A DNA stretch of 64,000 nucleotides from contig CAJINV010000024.1 in assembly GCA_905178155.1 (NCBI GenBank), positions 181,964-245,963 of the forward strand. Reading direction: 5' to 3'. Of this stretch, positions 1-13,445 are shown piece by piece. Position 1 is the stretch's first letter. Each line of letters opens with the position of its first letter. A program made the translations under genes and the position numbers. Under the pieces are notes generated by a model that was given only the letters and a program-made list of their open reading frames with translations, ran no database searches and had not been told where the DNA came from. The stretch comes from Amoebophrya sp. A120 (Eukaryota; Protista; Dinoflagellata).

Positions 1-625
1 GCATCACAAGCGCACCGCTGTGACAGTGCCTGGCCTTAAAACCTGGCAGCCCCGGCAAAAGAATGCCGTGGCGCCTGTGCCAACTTTTGCGGGCCAGAGC
101 AATCTTTTTCCCAGGCGCCAGGGTATGCTCTTACTTGGTCCGAGAGTCTAGGCCCAACTAAAAGCATAGCGCGGCGCTTGCGCTGCAAGATTACCCCCTT
201 CACCTGGCCACTTTCTCGGGCTAGGGCAGGCACCTTGTGGCCACTTCTCATCGGCCCGGGAAATTTTGGTCAGAATTGTTCTCATTTTTCGCCCAGCTCG
301 CGACTTCGGTGACTGTTTTTATTCTCCGTTCGATCGCGTGCTGCAGAACTGCAGACGCTTTTTCGGAAAACAGAAACCATCTATCTCAAATCTATTTGGA
401 ATCTATTCCGAATCTATATGGCTGTCGAAGTCTCCCATTGCCAACAATTAGCACCGAACTAGCCCAACGATAGCGCCTGCAAATACTCTATGAAAATCCG
501 AGTGGCTGCAGCACGTCCTCGAACCGCTTTTTGATCTCTTCGTCAGTCCGTGGATTGAACGGCGGTATGCACAAGAAAATTGGCGAAGATCTAGCACCAG
601 CTTCTCAGAGCGGGTTTTGGAAAGT

Positions 626-2123
626 TCAGACGCTCGAGCAGCCCCAGCCCCGCTCACTTACTATCATGACTTGCAAGCGACCCGGCTTCATATTATTCGA
701 AATTACGCATAGAAAGGAAGCGAGCCGGCATCGAGAAAGCAGGGCTTTAAGCGGTAACATGAACTTTCCAACGCAGTCCCCAAGAATGCAGGACGTATAT
801 CTTCCCCTACTTTTCATCCAGTCGTAACATTTCTGCCATACTCGGATTCGAAGCCGGGGAAACTGCGGACGCTGGAGAACCGGAGCGAGTTTTCACCTCG
901 GATAAACGGCGGAAAGTCCCTATAGCGTGCCCAGATCCATGTCCAGCGAAAGTGCGCATACGACCACTCGGCGCCTGTGCCCGAGGACCGGAGCCGCCAA
1001 AAGTCTGCCCGCTTCTGGAACTCTTTTTGAAAATGGTAATGCCAATGCTGGTTTATAGGACATACCTGCGGCATATTATATGAAAGTTCCCCGGAAATAT
1101 ACTTTGCGTCGAGCAGCAACACCTCTGGCCATTCCGAATTTGGCAGATCCCTGGGCTGGGGATGCGGGTTCAGGCAATAACCTGTGGTCGTTGATACGGT
1201 AAAATATATTACGATATATCATGTTGGCAGGAATTAGTAAGTTGTGACTATTACAGAAACAGGTTCGGTGTCCTGCTGGACCTGTTCATGAATCACTAAG
1301 CAGTGGCGGTTAAAAGAATTCTTCGCGTGTTCAGGGCCTTCTATATTGTATTCCGCAACACTACAATGAAATACCGTAAGACGCTCCTCTGAAGTTTCGG
1401 GCCTCGAATTCGTCCACGACTCGCATGCTTTGGAACAAGTACTCTGTGACCATGCCGATCCGGCACCGCTCCTCTCGCACAAGATGCTTCCTCGTCCCCT
1501 CTGCCAGAGCTGCTGGATCTGTATCCGGGCCGGTACCCATAACAAAATCATTCAGAACATACGGACCGTCAGTGTTTATTGCGGTGCGGGACGACACGCC
1601 GAACGGATCATCCCAGACTACAACTGGCTTGCCTTGAACGACGTCTGGGCCACTGTGGTTCGGTGTGTCTGGCAAGCGTTCGTGAAAGCAATATCGAAAG
1701 GAAAAGCTCCATCATTTCTTCCAGGCGTCCCACAATCCTGCAGTGCCAACGGGAGCGCCCGTGCTCTTTCCGTTCTTTCAGATAACAAATTACTATACAA
1801 CGTCAGCATTGACGGCCTGTCACCAGCTTAGTAAATATGGGAGCCCCATTAGTAAGTAACGAGCAGCTGGACGAACGGGATGCAAAACAGTCTGCCAAGA
1901 ATCGTGGGCCCTGAGATAGAAAGTGGATAGACACGCTTGCTTCCCCTAAAAAGTTCCACACCTTGATAAAAAATTCCTTGTCTTCCGGCACGCAACCCGA
2001 CCGCAGACGCTCTGCACCGTAGACCGTCGCTTCCACAGATGGCCAGTGGCGTGACCTCAGCTGATGGTACTGCGGATGCAATAATTCAGTAGTATTGACC
2101 TTGCAGAACGGCATCATCGCCAT
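626..2123 (-). pseudogene. possible degenerate or fragmented coding region
   Basis: Chain of protein-like minus-strand ORFs in shifting frames (1803-2123, 1361-1675, 1234-1551, 814-1122, 626-817). No family recognised. Confidence 0.2.
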
Positions 2124-2270
2124 GATTGTACTGACCTGATTTATTAGTGTGTTTCAAATTTGCTTCTCTATGTCGAATCGAGTACTCAAAGAAGGTAGCG
2201 CCATCGATCACGCAATCGCACGAGCACTGCGTTAGACGCTAGGCTTCACTGCTATTCGCGCACTGCAGCG

Positions 2271-5200
2271 TTAGTAAAACAAGAACTTTACCTTCCACGT
2301 ATCAGAATCGAAACGTGCCTCAGTCGGATGTAGTGGCCACTGTTCTGCCAAGAGTTGATTTGCTACCGCGAGATGGTCCCACGTAAGATCAATGTCTGCG
2401 TTCCAGAAATCTCCAGGTTTCCTGTTGCCCTCGACCTGCTCGTGCAGCACTTCTAAGAAGAGGTCTTCGCAGCTTATCCCGTGATCTTGCCGGGTCTTCA
2501 GATCTGGAACGTTGGAATACAAATCATGATCTAGCGCAGCAAGCGCTTGTGGGTCGTGGCTACCGAGGCCTTCTGCGGCCTGCGTGCCGACTACATCATC
2601 TGCCGCGTCCTGCCGTGCCGAAGATGAGCTTGAGGAGCTGGAGCCCTGTGCGGCGAGAGGGCCAAGTAGAACAGTGTCTGTCGATAGGTTGTCATTGGCT
2701 GCAACAGCGGGCGAGGCCGCGTTACGGTGGAGGTCCTCTTCTCCGCGCCCGGTCTCCGACGTCGGCTCGGGCGGATTTTCAGAAGCGCTGCCAACTCCTT
2801 GTTCGTCTTGATCATCTTCTTCCCCATCGTGGGAAGAAGATGAGCCCGCGTCTCCAAAATCCTCATCATTAAAGTCAAATTGGTCGTCATAACCGCAAAC
2901 CGACAAATTGGCGTCATCATCACAATTTCTCGCACCATCATCTGCACGACCGCTTTGATTATCGTCATCGCCACTACCGCCTGTAGGTGCGCCGCGACGG
3001 GCACCCGGATCTGGAGATGCGTCGCGGTCGTGGCGACGTCCGCCGGGTGGCGACAGCGACCTGCTTGTCCCGATAGAAGAGACATCGTCCTCCGCACCCC
3101 GCCTTCCCCGTGCTGGAGCATCAGGGACAGGGAGATCCGCATCGCGTCCATGTTCTCTCAGTCGTCTGACGTCTCCTTCAGCGCCAGGTGTCGTGGGAGA
3201 ATCTCCGGTATTGGACAGAACAACTTCCCCGCCATCGCAAGCAGAATCCAGTCCGGATGAAGCTCCCCCGGAAGGGGCACGCGGACCTGGTTTCGGTCGC
3301 GGCTCTTGGTCAGCACTACCTCCTTCAGGTGCTGCTGGATTCGAAGCTGAAGTTTGCGGAGCAGCAACGACCTCATCGCGACTAGATTGAATCTCACTGC
3401 CCGCTGCGCCGGCAGTCCCAGTGGATGTTGAGGAACCAGGAACAATTTCTTCTTCCACATGATTGCCATTTCCAGTACCAGAAGCACTTTGCGCAGAGCC
3501 GCTCTGGTTGTCCAGAATCGGATTTGAGGTGGCTGTGCTTGAGCTACTTGAACGTTGGTCCAAAAGATCGGTCCTGCCACTACCCGCAGCTGACGACTGG
3601 TCAGTTCCAACAGCAACGCCACAACCCGAATCACTACTCGCAGCCGTCGTGGACTGTTCCGCACTGTCGGAAGTGCCTGTTTGCGGTCGCAGTTGCGCGG
3701 CTTCTGTTCCGTCTTGCTGCGGCAACCCCTGCTGCGCAGGAACACTTGATGTGGCAGCAGAGTGGAGAGGTTCTTGGCCTTGCTGTAGCTCATCATCCTG
3801 ATGAAGGCTGGTAGTTTGCGGCGACTGGTTGTTTTCCTCGCCTTCTCTTGTCCTTTGCTGTGCCCCCGCTGCGTGGTTTTGTTCAGCACTGCTCGTTGTT
3901 TGCCCGGTGCTGGGACTACTGCCACTCGTACTATCCGTCTGATCAGCACTTTCCGGGGGATCAGGCAGTGACGCGGGCGGAGCAGAAGATGACGGCGACT
4001 CAGCTCCTGCTGCTGGTGCCTGTCTTGCTTGAGCTTCTGCAGCACCCGGGTCAGCTGCAGGACTAGCTGCAGTTGCCGGACTTGCAGCCGAAGCCGCCGT
4101 CGGTGGAACAGGAGCTGCCGGCCGAGCCGGCACCGCAGCAGCAGGAACCACTCCTGGTGCAGCAGTAGCGGAAACAGACCCTGCAACGTGTGCAGCAGGC
4201 CCGGGAGCGGCCGGTGCTGGTGCCGGTCCTGCTGCACCACCAGGGGTCGGAGCTGCGGGTTTTGGCTTTGGTTTCGCCGGCGCTAGAAACTCCGGGGCGT
4301 AAGCGGGTCCTGGGGGTAACAAGCTCGAGAGCACGGATGAAGGGGAGCTCTGAGTAGGAAGAGAAAGCGGTTGGAGGTGCTGCGGAGGTGGAGCTGTTGT
4401 GTCTGCGTGCCCACCTCCCTGAGGACCATCATTGCCGATGGCTGTTGGTGGACCGGTAGGGTTTCCTCCACGTGAATCACCACCGCTACCACCACCTCCA
4501 TCCCCGTTGAAGATTCTTGTCGGCACTAGAATATTCGGCTTATACCCGCCGCCGAAGCCGCCAAACGGATTATGCGCATCACCGTCCACAGAACCCAGCT
4601 CTGCTTTTTGTTTGTTCGCCTCGCTAACGTTGCCCATATGCACTGCCAAGCCAGTAGCGCCAGCGAGAAGACAAACAGCGACGATGGTGATGATGATGGT
4701 CGAGAGCGAAGAGGCCAAAAAAGCGCCACAGGGGCCCGCGGAGGATGTTGACGATGAGGAGGGATCCTCTATCACGGGGCGAAATTTGTTTTGCGAAAGG
4801 CCGTCGGGGTCAACAGCATCTTCACATGCAAATAGAGTTGGTGTCCTCGTCGTGTCTCTTTGCGCTTCCTCGTCGAAAGTCCGTGTCGCAGATGCCAAAC
4901 ATGCGGTTTTGTTCCTGGAAGCAGGAGCAAAATCTCCTCCTGTGTCATCTTGCGCCTTCTGCTGCTGCTGATGTGACAGAGAGGCATTCTCGGCTCTTTC
5001 CCTTTCAGGAGGTAGTTCCTGAGCATTTATCTCATCCACCTCCTCCTCAGAGGATGACACCAGCTCTGGCTCGTGCTCTTCTGGCGGTTCGTTTCCACAA
5101 TCTCGGTTAATAATACCGTTTTTCATTTTCCTTCCTTCGCAAGCCGACTTCCCGTCGGCTTTCTGCATTTGATCCGCATCGCCGCCGTGATTTTCATCCT

Positions 5201-8200
5201 GCGCAGCGCCGTCGTCCTGGCGTCGTTTCAAGAGCTCCACTTGTTCCGCACCACCGGTTGTAAGAGTGCCGAGAGCAGTCGTCGAGCTGTAGGAGTAGCT
5301 CTCTTGTTTCGCCAAAAGCGGTAAAAACGCCGTCTGATCGATGTATTCCTCTTCGTAAATGTCTGAAAGCCGGCGGCCCTTCCATTTCGTCGTCTTCCCT
5401 TTCATGTCTTCTTCATTGACCAGGTTCTTCGGTGTTTTCAGCAGCAGCTTCTGATGTCTTTTCTTGCTGGTAGTTCCACCACGACCTACTTCGCCTGGCT
5501 GCAAACTCGCAAAATCATTCTGAAGATCATCTCCTTCTGGCGTCTCCAAATACTTCAGCACCGTCTGCGCGTCCCACCGCCTTTCCCACCGCCACCGCAG
5601 CGTGACCTGCAGTAATGATACCAGATGGCCGAATAGCGCGGCGTCCTGCTCTTCCCACCTGCGGGACCTCGAATACAGAATTCGCACCCGGGAATCCGCC
5701 ACGGCGAACTGCGCCCGCATCCCGCAGCCCTCTAAATGCTCGTACGGCGCCCGCCCGTACAGCAATTGATATAGGATGATCCCCAGGGCCCAAACATCCT
5801 GAGGAAAATAAAACGCACCCACGCCAGAGTTGTAATGCAGATTTGCAAAGACAGGAAGACTTGTAATGCGCCTCGGCATGAGAGCCATTTCCAATCGTGT
5901 TTTGGAATTTGTGATGCTGTGAACAGGATGAGCAGATGAATCTGTGATGCGGCTGCACTTGCTAACCTGCACTACACTGCAAAGTGAAACTTGTCATGCG
6001 TGACTCACAAAACTCCTAGGTTTGTGTTGCAAAATCCCCATCCTGACTCTGGTGTGGGTACGTTTTTACTCAGGATACCAAACATCAGCCGCCGGGCGCA
6101 TCTTCAAACTCGCGGACCCCTCGTCCGGCTGGTAAAAAGCCTCGGGCGGCATGTAGCGGGGCGTGCCGCACTGGCGGTCGCGGGAAACGTGGGTGATCCC
6201 CTCATCCTTGTTGATCCCCCTCGCGAGGCCGAAATCAGAGACCTTCACGATGTTGTCCACGATGAGGAAATTCGCCGGTTTGAGATCAAAGTGGATCAAC
6301 CCGAGACTGTGGATGGCCGCGACGCCAGCGACCATGTCGCGCCAGAGATTGCGGATGTCGTAGATAGAAAAGATTTCGTAGTTTTTCCGAAGAAAGGAGT
6401 GCAGGTTGGGTATCGGAGGGGAAAGGAGGTGCGTTGGTTGTCCGATGGAGAGGATATTTTGTCATGCTCATCTATCACGTGGTACAAAATGGAAATGACA
6501 AATTACATGCGCCTGCGGCTGCACGACTCCTACGAGTCAATGAATATGCACAAGCTGCTTCTTGCCGCACACATCATGCATGCCATCTTCTTAATCGCGG
6601 TTTAGAATCAGAAAAACTTAACTATCTCTATCAAACAAACCAACGCAAGCATTATTCCACCCCATACCACAGTCCGCGAATTCCAGCAAAATGTGGATCA
6701 CCAAATCTTTTGGAAAAAATTTCGCTTCGCCGATCATCTTCACTACCCGGAGCTCGTCCACCGCGTTGTGTCTACCATTCTGGGCACTAGTTCCGGCCTT
6801 CGCTGCTCGATTCTTGTCCCGCAAAGCCCGCAGCCAGTTTACCTCCATGGCGAAGGAGCGCATTTGCCTCGCGTCCCGAGCATAGACGACTTTGAGTGCG
6901 TAGCGGGTAACGGATAACTGAGAACCTTGCTCGTTGGTTCGACTTGCACTGCTGCTGCTTCCATTGGGCTGACCACTTCGCGACGCATCATAATTGCAGC
7001 TATAGTTGCCCCCACGACTTCCCGCCGTTGCCGAGGTCGTAGTAGTCGATCCTCCATCTGCGACACACGTTCGCAGATCAACGCACTCGAACACCTCCGC
7101 CGACCCGCCCTTCCCGATCCGCTTCACAACTTCGAGCAATATAGTCGGCTTGTTGAAGTCCACGTGATGGCTGTCAACGACGTGTTCCCCCATGCAGATG
7201 ACCATGCCGGGGCCAACGCGGGCGGTGGCGGTCACGGCGATGTTTCTCCGCTGGATAAACGCAGCCGTGGAGAGTAGCGAGTCGTTTTCCCGGTACGAAG
7301 TCCGGCAGTCCTCGTCGTTGAAATACTCCGGTAGGTCGCTCGGTGAATTGAGAAAAGGGGCGTTGTGGCGGCCGTAGACGGGAATCGTGCTGCAGCCCGC
7401 GGGGGTGGAAACAACCTCAGCATAAGAACGGCGATCGGAAACACCGCGGAGGATGCCATCAGGCGCGGGAGGAGTCTCGACCTTTTGTTCCGCGCGTCTG
7501 GAAGCTATCGGCGCAGAATCCTCCGGGACGATAGGCGCGTGGCGGATTTCGGCCTTGGTGTCGTGGCTGCACCCTCCAGAGCTGGTAGTGTCACGAGGAT
7601 TTCTGATATGAAAGCCGCGACGTCCATATTTCTCCGCTTCAGGCTGAGCCTCTTCTTGATTCTGGTGAAGCACTGACTCCACATTTCGCTGTAGGTCGTT
7701 ACTGCTTCGTGTACCAACCACAGCCACTTTTGGCAAATCCGCCTGGTAGACGAAGTCTTGCAGTCCTTGAGGCTGCTGATCGTTTTGCCCAGCATTTTGG
7801 TGTCGCTCCTGCGGTGTGGCGGGCCGTGTGTCAACATTTTCGCAGTCGGCATTGCTGTCGAAACTGGTTTCCCTGTTTTGTTCCAGCCGTCCTGTGCCTG
7901 GGCGGGAGTTCTTGTGCTTGTTGTCGCGATAGGCATCAGTGAGGCCCGCATGGTCCTCAACATCATGTCTGACCCTGGGAGCAGCCACGGAATAAGATCT
8001 CTCGGAGGGGGTCTCCCTGTTCGGATTGTAGGACGAATATTGGTCAAGGTCATCTCGTGTCGCCGCAGGCCGGATTTCCACTTGGCCGGGGCCAGGGCGC
8101 CGCGCAGGAGGAGGAGTTCCACCACCTACATCGATTCTTAATATCACATCATCCTCAATCGTACTTGTCGCTGCCGGTCTCCTGGCATCGTTTTGGTCTT

Positions 8201-8723
8201 GGTAATACGAGCTTCCATAATTACCGGTGGGCAAAGTGGTGTTCACTATGCCGTCGTACGACGTCGCGTTATTTCGTTCATGGGCGCGAGGGTCACGTGG
8301 CCCAACAACGTCTCGTGCCGCTTGCCGCTCATACGCTGCCTCTTCTCGGACACCTCTTCCCGGTGTATGTTGTCCCACGTCGGCTCCAGCATTTGCGGCC
8401 TGTGCATGACAAACTTTCGGTTCGAAATCGAATGTGGTCGCAGTATGCAACGCCGACGTTGCTTGTGTAGGGACGGGGGCGACGGGTAAAGGGTAGCTGG
8501 GTACGTCATGCTCTTCTTGAACGAAGCGCGCACGGTTATTTTCGAAGCGTCTATTCTTGTTACCCGGCTCTGCTAAGTCGCGGGCGGGATTAGTAGCTCC
8601 ACATGGCTCTATGGCACCGTGCGGATCTGGATGGTGAGGGTTAAAATTTTTACGTTGGTCAGATGGAATCGCGGGTCGTGGGGGATTGTCGTTGAAATGG
8701 TGGTTGCGCCGGTCGTCGCTCAT
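2271..8723 (-). CDS. Mps1/TTK-like protein kinase with C-terminal TM segment and long low-complexity regions (3 exons, ~1967 aa)
   Basis: Exons 8723-6668, 6406-6079, 5790-2271 total 5904 nt and join in frame. Motifs: IGKGGSAEV, YALK, LEFADC|DL, IHFDLKPANFL, SDFGLA, QCGTPRYMPPEA, DVW|ALGIILYQLLYGRAPY. HxDLKPANFL and GTxxYMPPEA match the Mps1/TTK family. Confidence 0.85.
5795..6077. mobile_element. TAT-TIR introner, family B
   Basis: TIR catcctgagg..cccacgccagagt / actctggtgtgggtacgtttttactcaggata; DR ccaaa/ccaaa; splits DVW|ALG. Confidence 0.9.
6411..6666. mobile_element. degenerate TAT-TIR introner
   Basis: Ends tatcggagggg / ccaccccata; DR lost; removal of 6407-6667 gives C-D-L in frame. 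Confidence 0.7.
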
Positions 8724-9934
8724 AGGGGCCAGGTTGCGCCACAGTCAGAGGGAACACCAGTCACTGGATTTTAAGTAGGTAAAAATAAAGGGGTGTCGCT
8801 CCGTTTGTCGATGTCGATGTTCTGCCGTTCGTTATTTATTATACAACTTTTACTCGTCGAAAGAAATACTCGCAAACCCTTTTCGGGGCGGCGGATGAGA
8901 TACTACAACTGCATGCGCAAAAATGCGATCCTCGTGAAGAGGACTGCTCGTCCCGGATGCGTCTTTCAGCCTGTTCTCGCGCTCTTCGGATCGTCTCCAC
9001 CCGCGGCTACGAGATTGTGAAAACGCCTTCAGATGAGCAACAAGCTTGTGCTCCGTGCGGGTTTGGTGTTGGCCTCTTCTCGACTCGAAGGTAGATACAA
9101 CTGCTCCATGCGACGTGTCGGTCTCGGTGGGTTCTTCAATTGTACAAATAAACTCCTTTCTAAAGATGGAAAGTCGCAGAGCATTTCTTTATCTATGAAT
9201 TTATTGCGTGCTGAAAGAAACTGAAACCGGTGGGGTGGATGCTGAGTGTCTTACAAAATTTTTTCTGCTCGTCCGGCATCTACTTATCATATCTGGAAAA
9301 ATGAAACGGTGAAAAGTGAAAGCGGTTCTTCTTCTCTAGATTCATAACCCGTATATCGATAATTAAAACAATGTTGAGAGACCACAATAAAAGAGCTTCC
9401 AAGTTGTGCTACTCATCATACACTAAACTCCAGAAACATTGCAGGCTGTCAAAGGCAGTCATCTCTTGGAGGAATAGAATTATCTAGGGCTATGTCTACG
9501 TACTGAAACAATGGTCGCCAATATACCGCAACCACAACTGCCCGTGCCTGAAGCGATGTTGAAAAAACGATTGTCTTTATTGAAACACATAGAGTGGTGC
9601 TGAGACGATGCCACGACGACGAGAGGCGATCCGACAAAGCGACTAGATACTTACGAGTAGATTTTTGTTACGAAGCGATTCTAATTGCATTTCGTGAAAA
9701 GAAGCAGATGATTTTCACAGGCAAGATCAGTTTGGGCGATGAGAAGTCAAAAAAGGTTTTTCGATTTCGACTTTTGCGAATTAGTGTTCATCTTGAGCGC
9801 CTCGCACTACTAGTGCCATTTCTGCATGTCAAGGTGTGTAATTTCTATAAACTGCCAGCCGGAGATGCACTATGTTGGAAATGGATCACGGTGATGAACT
9901 ATGTTGGATGAAATGGATTGTATATGCGTCGGTC

Positions 9935-11230
9935 TTGTATTTTTATTTTTTCAGTTTTTTTTTGCAAATTAGTCGTGCCTTGGGGCAAATGCCCAGCAAC
10001 TGCGGAGGGGGAGGGGCAGCGGAGGGTGTAGACGGCACATGCAGATGAACCGCAGTGCCGTCCTGGTAGCAGAAGTGTAAGAATATATGGCATCTGCTTT
10101 CAAAAAGTAAGCACTTTGCACTTTTAGTATTATCCGCAGCTAATTCTGGGTCTACACGACTGCAACTTGCCCTCCGCCCCCCCTCCGCTAGGCGAGTGCC
10201 AAGAGGTGATGCCATGCTGAAAAGCTTTTATATGCGTTTTTACTTTTGTTTCTCGCTTTTTTTGTCGATTTCGCAAACTTTTAAAATTCAGCATGCTATG
10301 AGGAACATGCCCAGCAACTGCGGAGGGGTAGCGGAGGGTGTAGACGGCACATGCAAAATCGCAGTGCCGTCCTGGTAGCAGAAGTTTAATAATAAACGAC
10401 ATCTGCTGCCAAAAAGTAAGCACTTTCGACTTTTAGTACTATCCGCAGCTAATTCTGGGTCTACACGACTGCAACTTGCCCTCCGCCCCCCCTCCGCTAG
10501 GCGAGTGTCAAGAGGTGATGCCATGCTGAAAAGCTTTTATATGCGTTTTTACTTTTGTTTCTCGCTTTTTTTGTCGGTCTTGCAAGTTTTCAAAATTCAG
10601 CATGCTATGAGGAACATGCCCAGCAACTGCGGAGGGGTAGCGGAGGATGTAGACGGCACATGCAGAATCGCAGTGCGAGTGCCGTCCTGGTAGCAGAAAT
10701 TTAATAATAAACGACATCTGCTGCCAAAAAGTAAACACTTTTGACTTTTAGTACTCTCCGCAGCTAATGCTGGGTCTAATCGACTGCAACTTGACCTCCG
10801 CCCCCCCTCCGCTAAGCGAGTGGCAAGAGGTGATACCATGCTGAAAAGCTTTTTATGCGTTTTTACTTTTGTTTTTCGCTTTTTTTGTCGGTCTTGCAAG
10901 TTTTCAAAATTCAGCATGCTATGAGGAACATGCGCAGCAACTGCGGAGGGGTAGCGGAGGGTGTAGACGGCACATGCAGAATCGCAGTGCCGTGCTGGTA
11001 GCAGAAGTGTGATAATAGATGGCGTCTGCTTTCAAAAAGTAAGCGCTTTGCACTTTTAGTACTATCCGCAGCTAATTCTGGGTCTAATCGACTGCAACTT
11101 GCCCTCCGCCCCCCCTCCGCTAGCCGAGTGTCAAGACGTGACACCATGCTGAAAAGCTTTTTATGCGTTTTTGCTTTTGTTTTTCGTTTTTTTTTGTCGG
11201 TTTCGCAAACTTTTAAACTTCAGCATGCTA
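9935..11230. repeat. ~310-bp tandem repeat, ~4 copies
   Basis: cagcaactgcggaggg anchor recurs near 9993, 10312, 10622, 10935; units highly similar. Confidence 0.9.
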
Positions 11231-13445
11231 TACGTATACGGATTCAAAATCATATACAATCCATTTCCAACACGCATATACGTGAGTCTGGTGATTCACC
11301 AGACTCACTGACATTGACCTTGATGTAGTAGGTGATCTCATCGCAAGTGAAGGTTATCGGAGGAGCAGGTAGTATTTTGAGAATAGGACTGTGCAACCCA
11401 TAATCAAATGTCCATCTTCCTCCTGCATGCTGCAACTGCGATAGCGATTTTAAAAGTTCGTTGGGCTATTTATACATGGAGTGCAGAAACGATTTTTATG
11501 ATCATGTTGATCCTGCATCCGTAGCCTGAAACCGTGTTGCTCTTCTTCGAGTGGACGAAGTTGTGGTGGGAAGGAGAAGAATTACAGTAGAGGTGCGGTT
11601 ATGTCGATCATAATGGTTCATTATCACCTGCTCTTCGAACCGGCACAACTCCATAGCGCATTTTGATTGAACCGTCGAGAAGTAGTTGCTTTGGCATCCT
11701 CCTCAAGAAGCGGCCGATTAACAGGTGTTGTTGTCTTCGCCCATTGCGTATATTGATTTTTCGCCAAGCACAAGCTCCTGCATCAGCATCGCCTACAACA
11801 GCGTCATTTTCTCATTTCTGTGAATAGCTAGAAGAACAAACCGGGGGAAGTCGGACGAGGTCGAGGACATACACTTCTACTCTACTCTAGGCCTATAGCC
11901 TTAACCACAAATTCAGCAACACTGCGACAGTCCTGACGCAACATATTCCAACAGATGAGAACGAACTTGTTCTACATGCAATCATCGAACAAGGAGAAGA
12001 ACGGCACAACCCGCGGCTGACGCAAGGAACAGAGCGAGATTTTAGCTTTCGCATCGCATTCATCTTCGTGTACTAGTCGTGAAAGAGCAGAGCAGCCGGC
12101 CGCAGTTGCAGCAGGAGCAACGGTAGACGACCTAGCCTGCATAGCCGCTGTCACTGTAGGCTAGGTATAGCGTAGCTGCAACGGCGGCTAGCTGCTGTCA
12201 GCACTGCAGACGAGGAAACAGCTGCGGATTCTTTCAGCAACTGTCTCGTCTGCATGGTATAAATATATAGTTTTTTTGTCATCATAAGCTTTTGGTACAA
12301 GGGATAGAAATTTATTTTCAACTGCTGCTCCTTCCGTGTTTCTTTTTCATCCTCGATCAAATTTTTTGATTTTGCCACAACGCAATTGATCGACATAATT
12401 CCTTCCTGTCGTGATGCGGTGGCTACTGACTTGCTAACTTTCAAGTCAAAAACTCTCATCGACCACCTACGTGTAATGCTGGATCATGACCGGGGATCAG
12501 AATTTGTAATGCTAATTTTGAATATCCTACTTGTTTGTGATGCTAATTGTAATTATCGAATAGTAATAGACTCACTACGGTTGAGATGATGGACAAAAAC
12601 CACAAATGTTCGTAGTTCGCGTTTCGTGTTTGTCAGCTTGTGATGCTAGTTCTGCCATGCTACGTACCTCTTCGCGACCTGGGCCACAACCATTGTTGCG
12701 TACCACAGTCGTGGCATGACATGCTTTTTAGTTTTTTATATAGAGTCGTTACGTTCCTACTTTTCAATATCCTGTCCACATAACGGCACAGAAATATTTT
12801 GGTTACACAGGTGAAACATTTTTCAAAAAATCTTCCCACGATGAAAGGTTTTGTGAGACAGGATTTGATCGCCGTGGAATAAAAGGTTTCAATTTACTGT
12901 GGATCGTCATCGTCTATGAATTGTATGTTGGTAAAAATAACCGGAATTTCTTCCCTATTGACTTCTGACAAACATCGACACTTCTTCTATAATACTAGCT
13001 GGTCGTGAATGCACCAGATTTCCTACAGATACTATAGACTCCGAGTCGTCGTGAGACTTCCTCGACTTCCGAACCCGTGCTCTCCCGAAGTAGACTTACT
13101 CGAAAAGGAGAGAGGTTTCATGACTAAAGTGCATCTATTGAATGAGTTTGGACTATTAAATACGTGCTGGTAGGCCGCTTTATGATGACAGTCATCTTAC
13201 GTTAAAAATAGAAAAACAAAACAAGTACAGAACTGGCTGAGATGAAGTTTGTTCATGGAAATAAAGTAAAGTCACTTGTGGTAGGAGGTATTCAGCTAGA
13301 ATTCCAAACATTTGCATTTCAGAAAAAATATTAGTAGCGAGAAACCTATTGTACAATTTTGGAGGAAGAGCAGAAGAATAAAAGAAGACCGCTACAACTA
13401 CGTTTTTCCGCAACTACTACAGCGCTTAACGAAAGAAGCCCTACT

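Noticed and set aside
5791-5972. N-terminus of the 1233-aa ORF (MQVSKCS...)
   Set aside because: It lies inside the family B introner; similar peptides recur in the other copies.
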